Shown here: positions 13,219 through 24,016 of the stretch, in pieces | Layout of the letters: each line of letters begins with the position of its first letter | Position numbering within the stretch: the first letter of the stretch is position 1 | Assembly (NCBI GenBank): GCA_965240325.2 | Contig: OZ251227.1 | Span: 2,852,001 to 2,916,000 of the forward strand | Length of the DNA stretch: 64,000 bases | From: Rebecca billardiae RCC1528 | Lineage: Eukaryota > Protista > Haptophyta | Direction: 5' to 3' | Translations under genes and position numbers: made by a program | Notes under the pieces: model-generated | The model's input: only the letters and a program-made list of their open reading frames with translations | Database searches by the model: none | What the model was told of the DNA's origin: nothing

Positions 13219-13443
13219 CTCTCCACTCTCGGCCAAACCCAGGCGGAAGATGGAGGCAGACGGAAGCACCCCGGACGCGGGATTCTTCGAGCGGCAACTT
13301 TCAACTTGCACAAGCGAGGTTTCATCTCCAACTCAGGGACGTGGATCTCTTGCTCGGAGATCGTATGTCGCGTGTTGTCGTTACTGTACCGTTGACAGTC
13401 GGAAACGGACGACGAGCCGGAGAAACACGAACCCGGCCGTGGG

Positions 13444-14301
13444 ATGGCGAACAGCGCGGGGTCAAAGACGGTAGCCGAGAATAGATCGACGACGCGGGGG
13501 ATCGGGACCACGCGCCGCGGTGACGGGCGCCTCGTACCCCAGCACGCGTCTGCAGCACCCCGTCGCGAGAGCACGTCGAGGCCGACACCCAAGGGGCATC
13601 CTACGCCCCAGCCCGTGCCTCGTGCATCCCGGGATGCGCGCAGCGTGGCCGAGCGCTCGCCAAGCGCCGCACGTCGACCCTCCGAGCCCGCAGCGCAGCA
13701 TGCTCCCGTGGTTCGCATGGGCGATGGCTCCTCCACTCGACCTGGCGCTCGCGCACTTCCCCAGACGAGTGCTCCGTCTGCACCACGCCGCGCAGGGAGT
13801 GCAGGCCGCCTCGTCCGCCCGACCAGCGCGCGCCGGCATGCCCCGCGCAGCACGGATACAACCGACGGCACGATCGACCGCCTGATCGCGGAGCACGACG
13901 TCGTGGTGTTTGCAAAGTCGCGTTGCCCACACAGCAAGCGCACGAAGGAGCTCTTCCGAGCCATGGGCGTGCAGGCCAAGGTGCTTGACCTGGACCGGCT
14001 CTTCAATGGCGATGCGCTGCAGGCCGCCCTCCTCCGCAAGACGAAGCAGCGCACGGTGCCGAATGTATTCGTGCGCGGTACGCACGTTGGTGGCAACGAC
14101 AACACGCAGGCAGATTTCCAGTCCGGACGATTGGCAGAATTGCTGGCAGGCGATCACGCCCAGGGGCGTGCAGTAGATGCAGCGACAATGTCACTCCAAC
14201 GTCAGCAGGCGGATGTCCACGGGCACGGTGTCGGCCTGGCCGCGCCGGCAGCCAATCTCATCAGCAACGATGGGCCCAGACCCGGAGGAGCACTTGTCTG
14301 A
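13444..14301 (+). CDS. Glutaredoxin-domain protein with monothiol CPHS site and low-complexity N-terminus (start uncertain)
   Basis: VVVFAKSRCPHSKRTKELF...QRTVPNVFVRGTHVGGND (about 13873-14148). Confidence 0.85.
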   Translation: MANSAGSKTVAENRSTTRGIGTTRRGDGRLVPQHASAAPRRESTSRPTPKGHPTPQPVPRASRDARSVAERSPSAARRPSEPAAQHAPVVRMGDGSSTRPGARALPQTSAPSAPRRAGSAGRLVRPTSARRHAPRSTDTTDGTIDRLIAEHDVVVFAKSRCPHSKRTKELFRAMGVQAKVLDLDRLFNGDALQAALLRKTKQRTVPNVFVRGTHVGGNDNTQADFQSGRLAELLAGDHAQGRAVDAATMSLQRQQADVHGHGVGLAAPAANLISNDGPRPGGALV

Positions 14302-14377
14302 CTCGTCTGTCTGTGAGCAGAATCGCAGTGGGCCGTGAGTGGCGCATGCGCACTTAATTTATATATATATATATCAT

Positions 14378-14591
14378 TGACGACGCGCGTGGCACCGCGA
14401 CCACCGCGGTGGCGCGCGCGCGTCGACGCCAGACGGTGCGTCGAGCTTCCGCTCGGCGATGGAGTGATGGGCGACTACGAGGGGGGGGGGACGACGGCGA
14501 GGAGCGCTGATCCTGGTGTTTGTCTCTGCTGCTCGATCTGCTGCTACAGCTTGCTGACTCTGACGCCTGCCCGTTGCATACCACGTCGTTA
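14378..14591 (+). mobile_element. Repeat copy 1, probable 3' end of a truncated non-LTR retroelement; left arm of an inverted pair
   Basis: Near-identical reverse complement of 14721-14932 (about 4 substitutions and a 2-bp indel); AT-rich flanks. Confidence 0.6.
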
Positions 14592-14675
14592 ATATATCAT
14601 TGGGGAGTCGTCGGCGGACGATTAGCATATCAGGATCAGCCATCAGGCGAATAATTTATTTATGGCGCGCCGCCG

Positions 14676-14677
<2 letters not shown>

Positions 14678-14718
<41 letters not shown>
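14678..14718. repeat. (TA)n microsatellite
   Basis: Directly visible. Confidence 0.95.
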
Positions 14719-14720
<2 letters not shown>

Positions 14721-14723
<3 letters not shown>

Positions 14724-15095
14724 CGACGTGGTATGCAACGGGCAGGCGTCAGAGTCAGCAAGCTGTAGCAGCAGATCGAGCAGCACAGACAAACACCAGG
14801 ATCAGCGCTCCTCGCCGTCGTCCCCCCCCCCTCGTAGCCGCCCATCACTGCATCGCCGAGCGGAAGCTCGACGCACCGTCTGCCGTCGACGCGCGCGCGC
14901 CACCGCGGTGGTCGCGGTGCCACGCGTCGTCAGCCGTCGTCTCGAAGTAGTCGTCGTACGCAGCGCCCCCGCGGGCGCGTGCCCCCGGGCGCACGTGCGC
15001 CATGCGCGCGCGGGCGATGAGCATCTTGGCCTGGCCACGCAGGCAGCGCATGCCCAGCTCGCGCCGCATGGTGCCGAGCAGCGCGCGCTCAGCGG
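14721..15095 (-). mobile_element. Repeat copy 2, longer truncated retroelement-like fragment with an ORF C-terminus, ending in (TA)n
   Basis: Minus-strand peptide LLGTMRRELGMRCLRGQAKMLIAR...SAMQ* followed by the shared 3' tail; AT-rich microsatellites on both sides. Confidence 0.5.
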
Positions 15096-15192
15096 TATAT
15101 TAATATTAATATATTAATATTAATACTAATACTAATACTAATACTAATACTAATACTAATACTAATATATATATTAATATATATATATATAA
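15096..15192. repeat. AT-rich compound microsatellite including about 7 copies of TAATAC
   Basis: Directly visible. Confidence 0.95.
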
Positions 15193-16046
15193 ACACTGAG
15201 TGTGGCACCATCCTCTGATTTCAAAGTCGTGGCGCAGATCAATTCAGATGCGAAACGTCCGAGTGGCATCCGTGCAGCGGCGGCGCACTACTACGACGCG
15301 CGGCTTATTAGTTATTACGCGGCGCACGAGTTAGTAGTTCAGTCGATCTTAGCTAAAAGTAAAGACCGATAGTCCGGCCTGGTCTCGGGTCTGTCGGTCA
15401 CGGCGGCCAGGGTGGCCCGGGGCGTGATCAGTACACGGGACCGGGTCATCACTGATCACACCGGGCCGGGGATCATCATCGACATTGTGATCGATTATAA
15501 TCACAATAGCATCGACATCGTCAGGTATATGTAATTTGACGACGTGGTATGCAACGGGCAAGCGTCAGGCTCAGAGTGCAGCAGACACACAGATCGGAAC
15601 TTACGGTGACGGTGTAGTGTCATTAAGTCAGCGCAGCACCCTCAGTTGTTGTTTCAAAGCAGCAGCTTTCTGTCGCATACTCCGTCTCTGACTACCCATC
15701 AGCCTGCCCGAATCTGCGCTGATATGCGAAGTCATCATCACAGCGCATCATGCGCATATTAATCATTGAGGCCTGCTGTCCAGATGTGTCACGTACACGC
15801 GTCGCAGCCGTATACCATAGTGATGATGACAAAGACAGTCATTCTGCAGTAGACAGACCGTACCGTAGTCACGGCCCTTGTTGGAGATGTCATCGTCGTC
15901 GAGTGTCAGAGGCACACTGACGTTACAATACTGGAGCGCTCAGCACGGCCAGTCTGCCTCACTGAAGTGACGACTCAGCCAGTGAGTCACTGGACAGCCT
16001 GCGACTCAGCGAGGCACGTACTGCAGCAGGACGACAGTGCTGCAGT

Positions 16047-17537
16047 ATGTCGGAGGCCGCGTCGTCGCTCGGCCGAGCGCTCGCCTCCTATGCCGTCGCG
16101 GCGGTGATGGCGGTGGCGACCGGGCACTACCTGGGCCGGCGACTGAGGCGGCGGCGCATCATCTACGGCCGTGAGCTCCCGCACGTCGCGACAGCCGTGC
16201 CCGGCCCGCGCTCACGCGCGCTGATCGACAGGCTCGCCGCGCACGAGTGCCCGGCCATCACCGCGCGGCGCGCGCGGCGCGCAGACGCGCTCGGCGTCGC
16301 CGACACGGACCCGATCGTGTGGGATGCGGCTGTCGGCGCGGTCGTGCGCGACGTCGACGGGAATGTCTTCATTGACGCCACGTCGGGCTTCGGTGTTGCG
16401 ACGTGCGGTCACTCCAGCGCACGCGTCTGCGCCGCGGCGCGCGCGCAGCTGGCGCGCCCGCTGCTGCACGCGATGGGCGACGCTTTCCCCGACGCGATGC
16501 GCATCGAGCTGCTCGAGGCACTCGCCGCCTTCTTCCCCGCCGGCGACGACGGCTCGCCCGCCCTCGACCGCGCCATCCTCGGCTGCTCGGGCGCGGACGC
16601 GGTGCAGGCAGCTCTGAAGACCGCTGCGCTCGCGAGCGGCCGCTGCGGCGTGCTCGCGTTCTCGGGTGGGTACCACGGGCTCGCGCACGGCGCGCTGGCG
16701 GTGAGCGACTACAAGGCGGACGCGTTCCGCGCGCCCTTCGCCGCGCAGCTCGGCGAGCACGTCCGGTACGCGCCGTTTGGCGCGCTGCCGCTGCCGCCGC
16801 TCGCCGCTGCCGGGATTGGCGCCGTGCTCGTGGAGCCCATCCAGGGGCGCGGCGGCGTGCGCGAGGCGCCGCCGGGCTGGCTCGAGGCGCTGCGCGCGCA
16901 CTGCGACGCGGAGGGCGCGCTGCTCATCTACGACGAGGTGTACTCCGGCTTCGGCCGCACGGGCGAGTGGTTCGCGTACCAGGCACTCGCGGCAGCCACC
17001 GATCGGAAGCCCGCGGCCGACGCTGTCGGCGGCGGCGCCGCGGCGGCGCCGCGGAATCGGGCGGCGCCGACGCCCGACCTGATCTGCCTGGGCAAGGCGA
17101 TGGGCGGTGGGTTCCCGATCTCGGCATGCCTCGGCACGCGCAAGGCCATGTCGGCGTGGGGCGCGTCCAAGGGCGAGGCGCTGCACACGCAGACTTTCCT
17201 GGGCAACCCGCTAGGCTGCGCGTGCGCGCTCGGCGCGCTGCGCGAGCTGCGACACCTTGACGCGCCCGCGCTCGCGCGGCGGAAGGGCCGCACGCTGCGG
17301 GCGGCGCTCGCGGGGGCGGGGTTCGAGCCCGCGGCCGTGCGCGGCCGCGGGCTTATGCTCGCTGTGAGCGTGCCCAACCCGCTGCGCGCGATGACGGGCC
17401 TGCTCCAGCGCGGCGTGATTGCGTTGCCGTGCGGCGACGGTCCGGATTTCGCGATGGCGCTCATCCCGCCGCTCACCGCGACCGACGAGCAGCTGCGCGC
17501 GATTGCGCGCGCGCTCGCTGACGCGGTGCGCGAGTAG
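16047..17537 (+). CDS. Class-III PLP-dependent aminotransferase (GABA / acetylornithine aminotransferase-like)
   Basis: DVDGNVFID..SGFGV..CGH, EPIQGRGG, LIYDEVYSGFGRTG, PDLICLGKAMGGG (PLP lysine), TFLGNP. Confidence 0.92.
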   Translation: MSEAASSLGRALASYAVAAVMAVATGHYLGRRLRRRRIIYGRELPHVATAVPGPRSRALIDRLAAHECPAITARRARRADALGVADTDPIVWDAAVGAVVRDVDGNVFIDATSGFGVATCGHSSARVCAAARAQLARPLLHAMGDAFPDAMRIELLEALAAFFPAGDDGSPALDRAILGCSGADAVQAALKTAALASGRCGVLAFSGGYHGLAHGALAVSDYKADAFRAPFAAQLGEHVRYAPFGALPLPPLAAAGIGAVLVEPIQGRGGVREAPPGWLEALRAHCDAEGALLIYDEVYSGFGRTGEWFAYQALAAATDRKPAADAVGGGAAAAPRNRAAPTPDLICLGKAMGGGFPISACLGTRKAMSAWGASKGEALHTQTFLGNPLGCACALGALRELRHLDAPALARRKGRTLRAALAGAGFEPAAVRGRGLMLAVSVPNPLRAMTGLLQRGVIALPCGDGPDFAMALIPPLTATDEQLRAIARALADAVRE

Positions 17538-17782
17538 TGGGCGGCTCGAGGGCTCGGCGCGGGTGCCATGCGCGTCCTGACGGACGATGAATCGGTGATT
17601 GATGACTCAGCAGCCTAGCTGCTGAGGCTGATGATGGATGACTCTGGGATGCTCCCCGTCAGCATTAGATGAATACCTTGAGTAAGCAGAAGAAGATGCG
17701 CTGGTCCGGGGAATCACTCACCGGCGGCTTCGTTTAGTGAGTCAGCATGGCAGCCGGCGCTCGCGGTGCACGAGTCAAAGAT

Positions 17783-19154
17783 GCATGATGATGCCCCCCG
17801 AGCGTGGCGTGCGTGCGCCCCACTCGTGCTCGCGCTGTGCCACACGGCGGCAGACAGCTCTCCCCCGATCTCGAGCTCGCCGAGCGCGCCCGTCAACGCC
17901 TCCGAGCTCGCGAGTGCGCGCGCCTACCTTGCCGAAGTGTACCCGTCAGCACAGCTGGACGGCGTGGCCGACGCGCAGATCGTGGAGTTCCTGGCCACGC
18001 GCGAGTACTTTTACACGCTGCCAAGCCTACCGCGCGGGCTCATTGGCACGCTGTCATGCTTCCGCGCGCAGCTCACGCAGCAGCGCCGCCCTTCTCGGCG
18101 CACGTGCTCGGGCGTGCAGGCGATGGTGCGTCGGCCGGAGCCAAATCGCTTCCCGTCGATCCGAGCGTGCACCACGGAGGCGGCGTGCATCGGCGCGATC
18201 AACGGCTGGGTGCCGCGCGGGTGGATCCACGCGGCTGAGCCCGTGTTCCGCACGCGCGACGCGCACCTCGAGGTGGTGCACACCAACAGCGCGAACGCCC
18301 CGCAGCGTCAGTACGACACCCGGGACTCGCGAGTCTTCTTCGAGCCCGGGCCCGCGCCGTTGCGGCTGGCAGTGGCACCTGGCTCGGGCGTGTGGTACCG
18401 CGCCGAGCGCGCGCTGTGCGCGCCGACCAAGACCGCCGTGCTGGCCGAGCTCCTGCGCGAGGCGCTCGCGCGCACGCCGCCTCCGCCGTGGCGCGCCCAG
18501 CTCGACGCACTCGTGTCGGCGCTGAGGCTCGGAGCGAACACTTCGGCAGCGCTCGCGCTCGTGCGGCACGCGGCGCGCGGCGACATGGGCGCGCTGCGCT
18601 CGGCGCCGCTGAGCACTGCGTTCGTCGCGTCGGGGCTCAGCCGGCTGCACCTCCTCGTGGGGCTGGGTGACCGGCACGACGGGCTGCTCGGCTGGCTCGG
18701 CCGCGCGCTCGGCTACACCGCGCTGCTGCTGAGCGCAAGCCCCAGCGGGCGCACGCTGACGCCGCCCACGCTCGCGCCCGAGGTGGTCCATATCGCGCTG
18801 CCGCGCACGCCGGCGTTTGGCGGGGTCGACGAGCCAAGCACCGTCCTCCGCTGGGCGGCCAGGTCGCGGCCGCCCTGGGCGTGGACTCGCGAGCAGGCCG
18901 CCGAGCTGATCGCCGCCCTGCGTGCCTCGCGCGCTCTCTCGCTGCGCGATCCGTTCGAGCGCATCGACGAGGGCCGCGCTCTCGAGTGCGCGTTCTGGGA
19001 GCTGCCGCCACGCGCAATGCTCGGCTGCCCTCTGCTCAGCCGGCTCCCCGCCCACGCCGCGCGTCCGCCCGGGGCGAACGAGTCCGGGGCGCCGCCCCCG
19101 GGCGCAAGGTACGTGTGCGGCCACCCGTCGTACCCGTGCGCTGCTCGAGGTTGA
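17783..19154 (+). CDS. Hypothetical protein, possibly secreted
   Basis: Long ORF with coding-like codon use, hydrophobic N-terminal segment, LEVVH and GSGVWY motifs. Confidence 0.55.
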
Positions 19155-19366
19155 GGCCATGAGGTGATGACTCATCAGATGAGGGCGCAGGCGACGCGAC
19201 TCACGGGTGCGGAGCCTGGTGAGGCGGCAGTACAACTACGTCCGACCCAGACGATGACGACGACGATGACGACGTCAGCGCAGCATCGTCAGACCGTCAG
19301 TCGAGTCAGTAGACGATAGTCCTCATCAGATGAGCATCGTCGATCTGCTAAGTACTATACGACTAG

Positions 19367-22300
19367 CTAGTGCGGCACTTCCATCGCGGACGCCATCGCC
19401 TTGAGCCACCGCAGCTGGGCCAGGACGGCGTGCGCGCGCTGGCACGTGGCACAGCCGCTGCTCGCGCTGTGCGCCGGCACGCGCTGAGTCGCGCGGGACG
19501 ACGGAGGAGCTCCCGGCGTGCGCCAATTCTCAGCGCCCGAGGCCGGCGACGAGGAGCTGCGCTCACCGTGCCGGCCCATCTTGGCATCGGCTGCGGCCTG
19601 GCAGGGCGCGCACGGCTCGGCGCCGTCGCGTGGCTCCGCACTCGAGCCCGCAGTCGCCCGGCCAGCAGCGGCGCGCCCGGTGGCGGCGGCATCCGCGGAT
19701 TCGGCCTCGGCGCCGGGAGCCTCGCCCTCGGGCGCGGGCGTTGACAGCTCGGCAGACCGGGCGGCGGCGCGCGTGCGTGGCGTGCCGCCCTCCGAGCGCC
19801 GCCGCTTCCGAGGGCCGTGCGAAGGGTGAGGCTGAGCGCCGCTTTGCCCGGTGCCGCGCGCGGCGGCCGAGCGCAGCCCCAGCGGCGCGGCGGCCGCAGC
19901 CGCATCCGGTGCGTCGGCCGCGCTCGGCGATGGCTGCGCGGGCGCGCAGGCGGCCGTGAGGCCGAGCAGGGCGGCCTCGCACGCGGCGATCGTCGCTTGG
20001 AGCTCGGCCCTCGCCTCGCGCACGGCGCTGCGCTTCGCCTTGGCATCCGCGCCGCCCTGCCGCTGGTCCCAGAGCAGTGCCCGCGCCATCAGCGGCGCCC
20101 ATGCTGACTCCGGGTCGTCGGCGGGAGGCTCGGCCCCCGGCCCGCCGCCCCAACGCACGCCGCCGGCGCGCGCGAGCTCGGCCCACCACGTGCGGAAGCG
20201 GCTGAGGCCGTCCTCCGCGCGTTGCCGTGCGCGCGGCGGCGCCGTGGCGAGCGCCTTGAGCAGCCGAAGCGCGTGGCTCTCGCGGCCGCCGAGGGCGCCC
20301 TCCGCCTGCACCGCGCGCACGGCAACGGCCGGCGGCGGCAGCGCAGCACTCAAGTCCGGCGAGAACAGCTCGTCCGGCCGGCAGCGGATGTCCTCACGCA
20401 GCACCCAGCCGCGCAGCTCGCGCGCGCCCCGAGGGGAGTCGGGCAGATCGTAGGGCTTCTTGCACCGCGAGCGCGCGCGCGCCTCGCCGAGCATGGTGGC
20501 CAGCGGCCGGAGCGGCACGCCGGGCAGCAGCGGCTCCGCGCCCGCGCGCAGCAAGTGCTCCACCATCATGTGCGCGGCGCCGGCGCGCGGCTGCGACATG
20601 GCCGCGATCAGCGGGGTCGGGCCGGCCTGCTGCTCGTAAGGCTCAGCCAGCTGGCTCAGGCGCACTGCCGGGAGCGCCTCCGCACCGCCCTCGCCGCCGC
20701 CGCCGCCTTCGCCGCCGACGTTGGGACTCGCGCCCGCGGCCAGCAGCGCGAGCGCCGCGCACGAGCTCTTGGCCATGCACGCCAGTGTGAGCGGCTCGGA
20801 CGCGACGCTCAGCCGCGGCTCCTCGTGAGCAGGCCCGCCGAAACGGACCAGAGCGGCGACGGGGAACGTCGCGTCGAGCACGACGACTCGAGCGTCCAGC
20901 GTGCGGCGGCTGGGCCGCGTCGCGCTGAGCACGGCGCGCGTCAGCGGCCCCGAGCCGCTCGCGGCCGCGAGCGCGAGCGCGCGCGGCCCAAGCCACGCGC
21001 GGCACAGCTCGGCGCTGCGCTCGGCCGCGTCGTCGCTCCGTCCGCTCTGGCGAGGCCCGGCGCGCTCGCTCGCGCCCAGCGCCACGCCCTCGACAACGCT
21101 GAGCGCGAGCTGCGCCCAGCAGAGCGAGGCGCGCGACTGCACCCGCTCCGCGCGCGTGCTGCACGCGCGCCCGTCGTCGTCGCCGTCGTCGGCTTCGTCG
21201 TCCGTGCCCGCGGGCCCAGGGCTCACCCCGGCGAGCCGCCCGGCGCGCTCTCGCTCGCGCCTGGCCTGCCACCGCTCGGCGCGGAGCGCCGCCTCCGCGG
21301 CCTCGTGCTCGGCAGACGCGGTGACGATGCTGCGCTCCGCAGCGTACTCGAAGACGCGCCGGATCACGAGCGCGCCCGCCTCGTCGCGGGAGACGTCGGG
21401 GGCGTCCAGCCGGGGCGGCCGCGTGATCGAGTCCCAGGGCTCGGCGGGCGCGTCGGCGGCGTCGGCGGCGTCGGCGGCCGCGGCCGCCGCCACGGCGCGC
21501 GTCTGGTGCGCGGACGGCGGCGACGGCGGCAGCGGTGGCGCGCAGCGCTCGACGGTGGCTTTCGCGAGCAGGCGCACCGTCCGCGATCGGGCGTCGATGT
21601 CCTTCTGCACTTCGGGCCCCTCCTGGCTCAGCACGCAGTCCTCGAGCCCGAACCTCGAGCGATGCAGCCCGCCGTCGCCCTCGGGCGCCGCGCGCTCGCA
21701 CGGGTGCGCACCGGCCTGCAGCAGCTCGGCGACCGCTCGATCGTCCGCGCTGCTCGCGGCGTGCGAGATGGGCGGCTCGGCGGTGGGGAAGGGCGTGGCG
21801 GACGGGTCGGCGCGCGCGTCGAGCAGCAGCCGCATCGCAAGCGCGCGCTCCTCGCCCTGCGCCCGCCCCGGCATGCGCGACGTCGGGAGCACAGCCGTCA
21901 TCACAGCCAGCGAGCGGGTCGACGGGTCGGGGCGGTTACTGGCGAGCACCTCACGGCACGGCTCCGAGCGCGCGAGCAGCGCGCCGAGGGCGAGCGGCGT
22001 GGCGAGCTCCAAGGCGAGGCACAGCGGCGACGTCGTGCTGCACCCACCGCTCGGGCGCAGCGGGTCCGCGCGGTGCTCGAGCAGCATCGTCACCAGCCCG
22101 CGCACCTGCGCGCGCGTGCGCGGCACGCGGAGCGCGCTCATCGCGCGCTCGTGCAGCACGGCGGCGTGCAGCGCGCTGAAGCCCTGCATCTCGAGCTCGA
22201 CGTCGCCCTGCTCCGCGTCGTCGGCCAGCGAGATGGACAGGCTCACGCTCTCCGTCCTCCCGCACGTGGCGTCCACCTCCACGCCCGCGCCGAGCAGCGC

Positions 22301-23650
22301 GCGCGCGAGCCGCCACCTTCCCCACAGCACGGCCGAGTGCAGCGCGGGCGGACGGCTCTCAGAGTGCTCCTCGAGCGCGCGCGGCGCGAGCTCGAAGATC
22401 ACGTGCACGAGCACCTCCTGCTCCGCGGCGAAGAGGTCGCCCGCCGCGGCGAGGCACCAGAACACCTCGCCCTCCTCCTCCTCCTCCAGCACGTTCTCGA
22501 GCAGCTGGACGATCCCGACCCCCGGGTGGCGCCCGGCTGCGCTCGACATGGCCGCGCAGCGCGCGCGCACGACCGCGAGCGACGCCGGGCACGAGAAGAG
22601 CGCCATCAAGTCGTTCAGGTCCCTGAGCCGCGTGAGCACGCCGGTGTGCTCGAGCAGCGCGTCCAGCACGCACGCGTGCGGGCAGTCCTCCATGCCGACG
22701 CTCGGCAGCTCGGCCTCGTTGGGCGCGTCCTCGGCCTCCGCGCCGGCCGCGCCGCCGCCGAGCGCGCGAGACGCGCGCTCCTCCGCGACGCTCCGGCAGC
22801 GGCAGCGCGATCGGTCCGTGCCGAGCACGTCCAGGTGCGCCTGGCACGCCTCAATCGCCGCCTGCAGCACCTCGGCGTCGAGCACGTCCTCGTCCTCGCC
22901 CTCCGCGTCGCTGCCGTCGCCGCCGGCGCGCTCGTGCGCGCGCGCGCGCCGCATCGCGCCAAACAGCAGCTGGATCATGTCCGGGCTGCGCGCGGCGCTG
23001 AGCGCGGTGCCGTCGTCGTCGTAGCGGGCGAGCGGGTCGGCGTGTCCGAGGTGCAGGAGCGCGCGCGCGACCGGCACGTCGTCGTTCAGCACCGCCTCGT
23101 GCAGCAGCGGCGGCTTGTGGCGCGTGTGCCGCTCGGTCGCGCTGAGCACCTCGCGCGCGCCGACGCCGCGCGCGCCGAGCAGGTCCTCGACGGCGGCGGC
23201 GTCGCCGGTGCACACGGCGGTGCAGAGCTCGGCCGCCATCTTGAGCTCCTCGCTCCGCTCGCGCAGGCGCCGGAGGTACGCGCACGGCGCGGCCAGCTTC
23301 AGCGCGGCGCCGAGCGCGTCGCATGCGCGCATCTCCTCGACGCCCTCGAGCGGCGCGCGGCACGTGGGGCAGGCGACGTCACGGCCCTGGGCCGCGGCCA
23401 CATCGTGCCAGCGCAGGATGCACTGCAGGTCGAACGCGTGCGCGCACGCCGCCACCACGGGCTCGAAGAGGAGGTCGCGGCAGATGGGGCACAGCAGCGC
23501 CGGCGGGACGTCCGGCTCGTCGTCGTCGCGCGCCGCAGTGGCGACGAGGGCGGTGGGGAGCGAAGGCGCAGGGCTCGCCGAGGGCGATGGCGTGTGCACC
23601 GGCTGCGCCAGCGCCGGCGCCCGCTCCGTCGACGGCGGCTGGTGGCTCAT
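19367..23650 (-). CDS. RING-finger plus degenerate ankyrin-repeat protein (putative E3 ligase)
   Basis: CPICRDLLFEPVVAACAHAFDLQC...CPTCR; LLHEAV, ALHSAV, SALHAAV, TPLIAA ankyrin-like motifs. Confidence 0.8.
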   Translation of the reverse strand: MSHQPPSTERAPALAQPVHTPSPSASPAPSLPTALVATAARDDDEPDVPPALLCPICRDLLFEPVVAACAHAFDLQCILRWHDVAAAQGRDVACPTCRAPLEGVEEMRACDALGAALKLAAPCAYLRRLRERSEELKMAAELCTAVCTGDAAAVEDLLGARGVGAREVLSATERHTRHKPPLLHEAVLNDDVPVARALLHLGHADPLARYDDDGTALSAARSPDMIQLLFGAMRRARAHERAGGDGSDAEGEDEDVLDAEVLQAAIEACQAHLDVLGTDRSRCRCRSVAEERASRALGGGAAGAEAEDAPNEAELPSVGMEDCPHACVLDALLEHTGVLTRLRDLNDLMALFSCPASLAVVRARCAAMSSAAGRHPGVGIVQLLENVLEEEEEGEVFWCLAAAGDLFAAEQEVLVHVIFELAPRALEEHSESRPPALHSAVLWGRWRLARALLGAGVEVDATCGRTESVSLSISLADDAEQGDVELEMQGFSALHAAVLHERAMSALRVPRTRAQVRGLVTMLLEHRADPLRPSGGCSTTSPLCLALELATPLALGALLARSEPCREVLASNRPDPSTRSLAVMTAVLPTSRMPGRAQGEERALAMRLLLDARADPSATPFPTAEPPISHAASSADDRAVAELLQAGAHPCERAAPEGDGGLHRSRFGLEDCVLSQEGPEVQKDIDARSRTVRLLAKATVERCAPPLPPSPPSAHQTRAVAAAAAADAADAADAPAEPWDSITRPPRLDAPDVSRDEAGALVIRRVFEYAAERSIVTASAEHEAAEAALRAERWQARRERERAGRLAGVSPGPAGTDDEADDGDDDGRACSTRAERVQSRASLCWAQLALSVVEGVALGASERAGPRQSGRSDDAAERSAELCRAWLGPRALALAAASGSGPLTRAVLSATRPSRRTLDARVVVLDATFPVAALVRFGGPAHEEPRLSVASEPLTLACMAKSSCAALALLAAGASPNVGGEGGGGGEGGAEALPAVRLSQLAEPYEQQAGPTPLIAAMSQPRAGAAHMMVEHLLRAGAEPLLPGVPLRPLATMLGEARARSRCKKPYDLPDSPRGARELRGWVLREDIRCRPDELFSPDLSAALPPPAVAVRAVQAEGALGGRESHALRLLKALATAPPRARQRAEDGLSRFRTWWAELARAGGVRWGGGPGAEPPADDPESAWAPLMARALLWDQRQGGADAKAKRSAVREARAELQATIAACEAALLGLTAACAPAQPSPSAADAPDAAAAAAPLGLRSAAARGTGQSGAQPHPSHGPRKRRRSEGGTPRTRAAARSAELSTPAPEGEAPGAEAESADAAATGRAAAGRATAGSSAEPRDGAEPCAPCQAAADAKMGRHGERSSSSPASGAENWRTPGAPPSSRATQRVPAHSASSGCATCQRAHAVLAQLRWLKAMASAMEVPH

Positions 23651-24016
23651 GGCGTTGAGCCCTCCGGTGTGACCGACAGCTGCGCGCCCGCGCTCGCGCT
23701 GCGCGAAGGCCGTTCGTTGTCCGTGCGACGTGCGCGCGCGCGGCGCGCCAGCTCCCGCGGCCGTGCTGTCCGGCGTTGGTGGCTCCCAGGCTCCGCACCG
23801 GCAGGTGTCCGGGCCACGAACCGCGCTCCGGACGGCGGTGCGCAGCTTCCTAGTTGGGCCTTACATAGTAGTAGCAGGACGTTATGTGCCGTCACAGCGT
23901 AGCTCGACAGCGTACAGTATCTACAACGGCAACCGTCGTCGAATTGTACTCAACTCACATCAGGGCATCGTCATCTGACACGGACGCGCCGCTGACAATG
24001 CAGATGGTGGCGGTGA

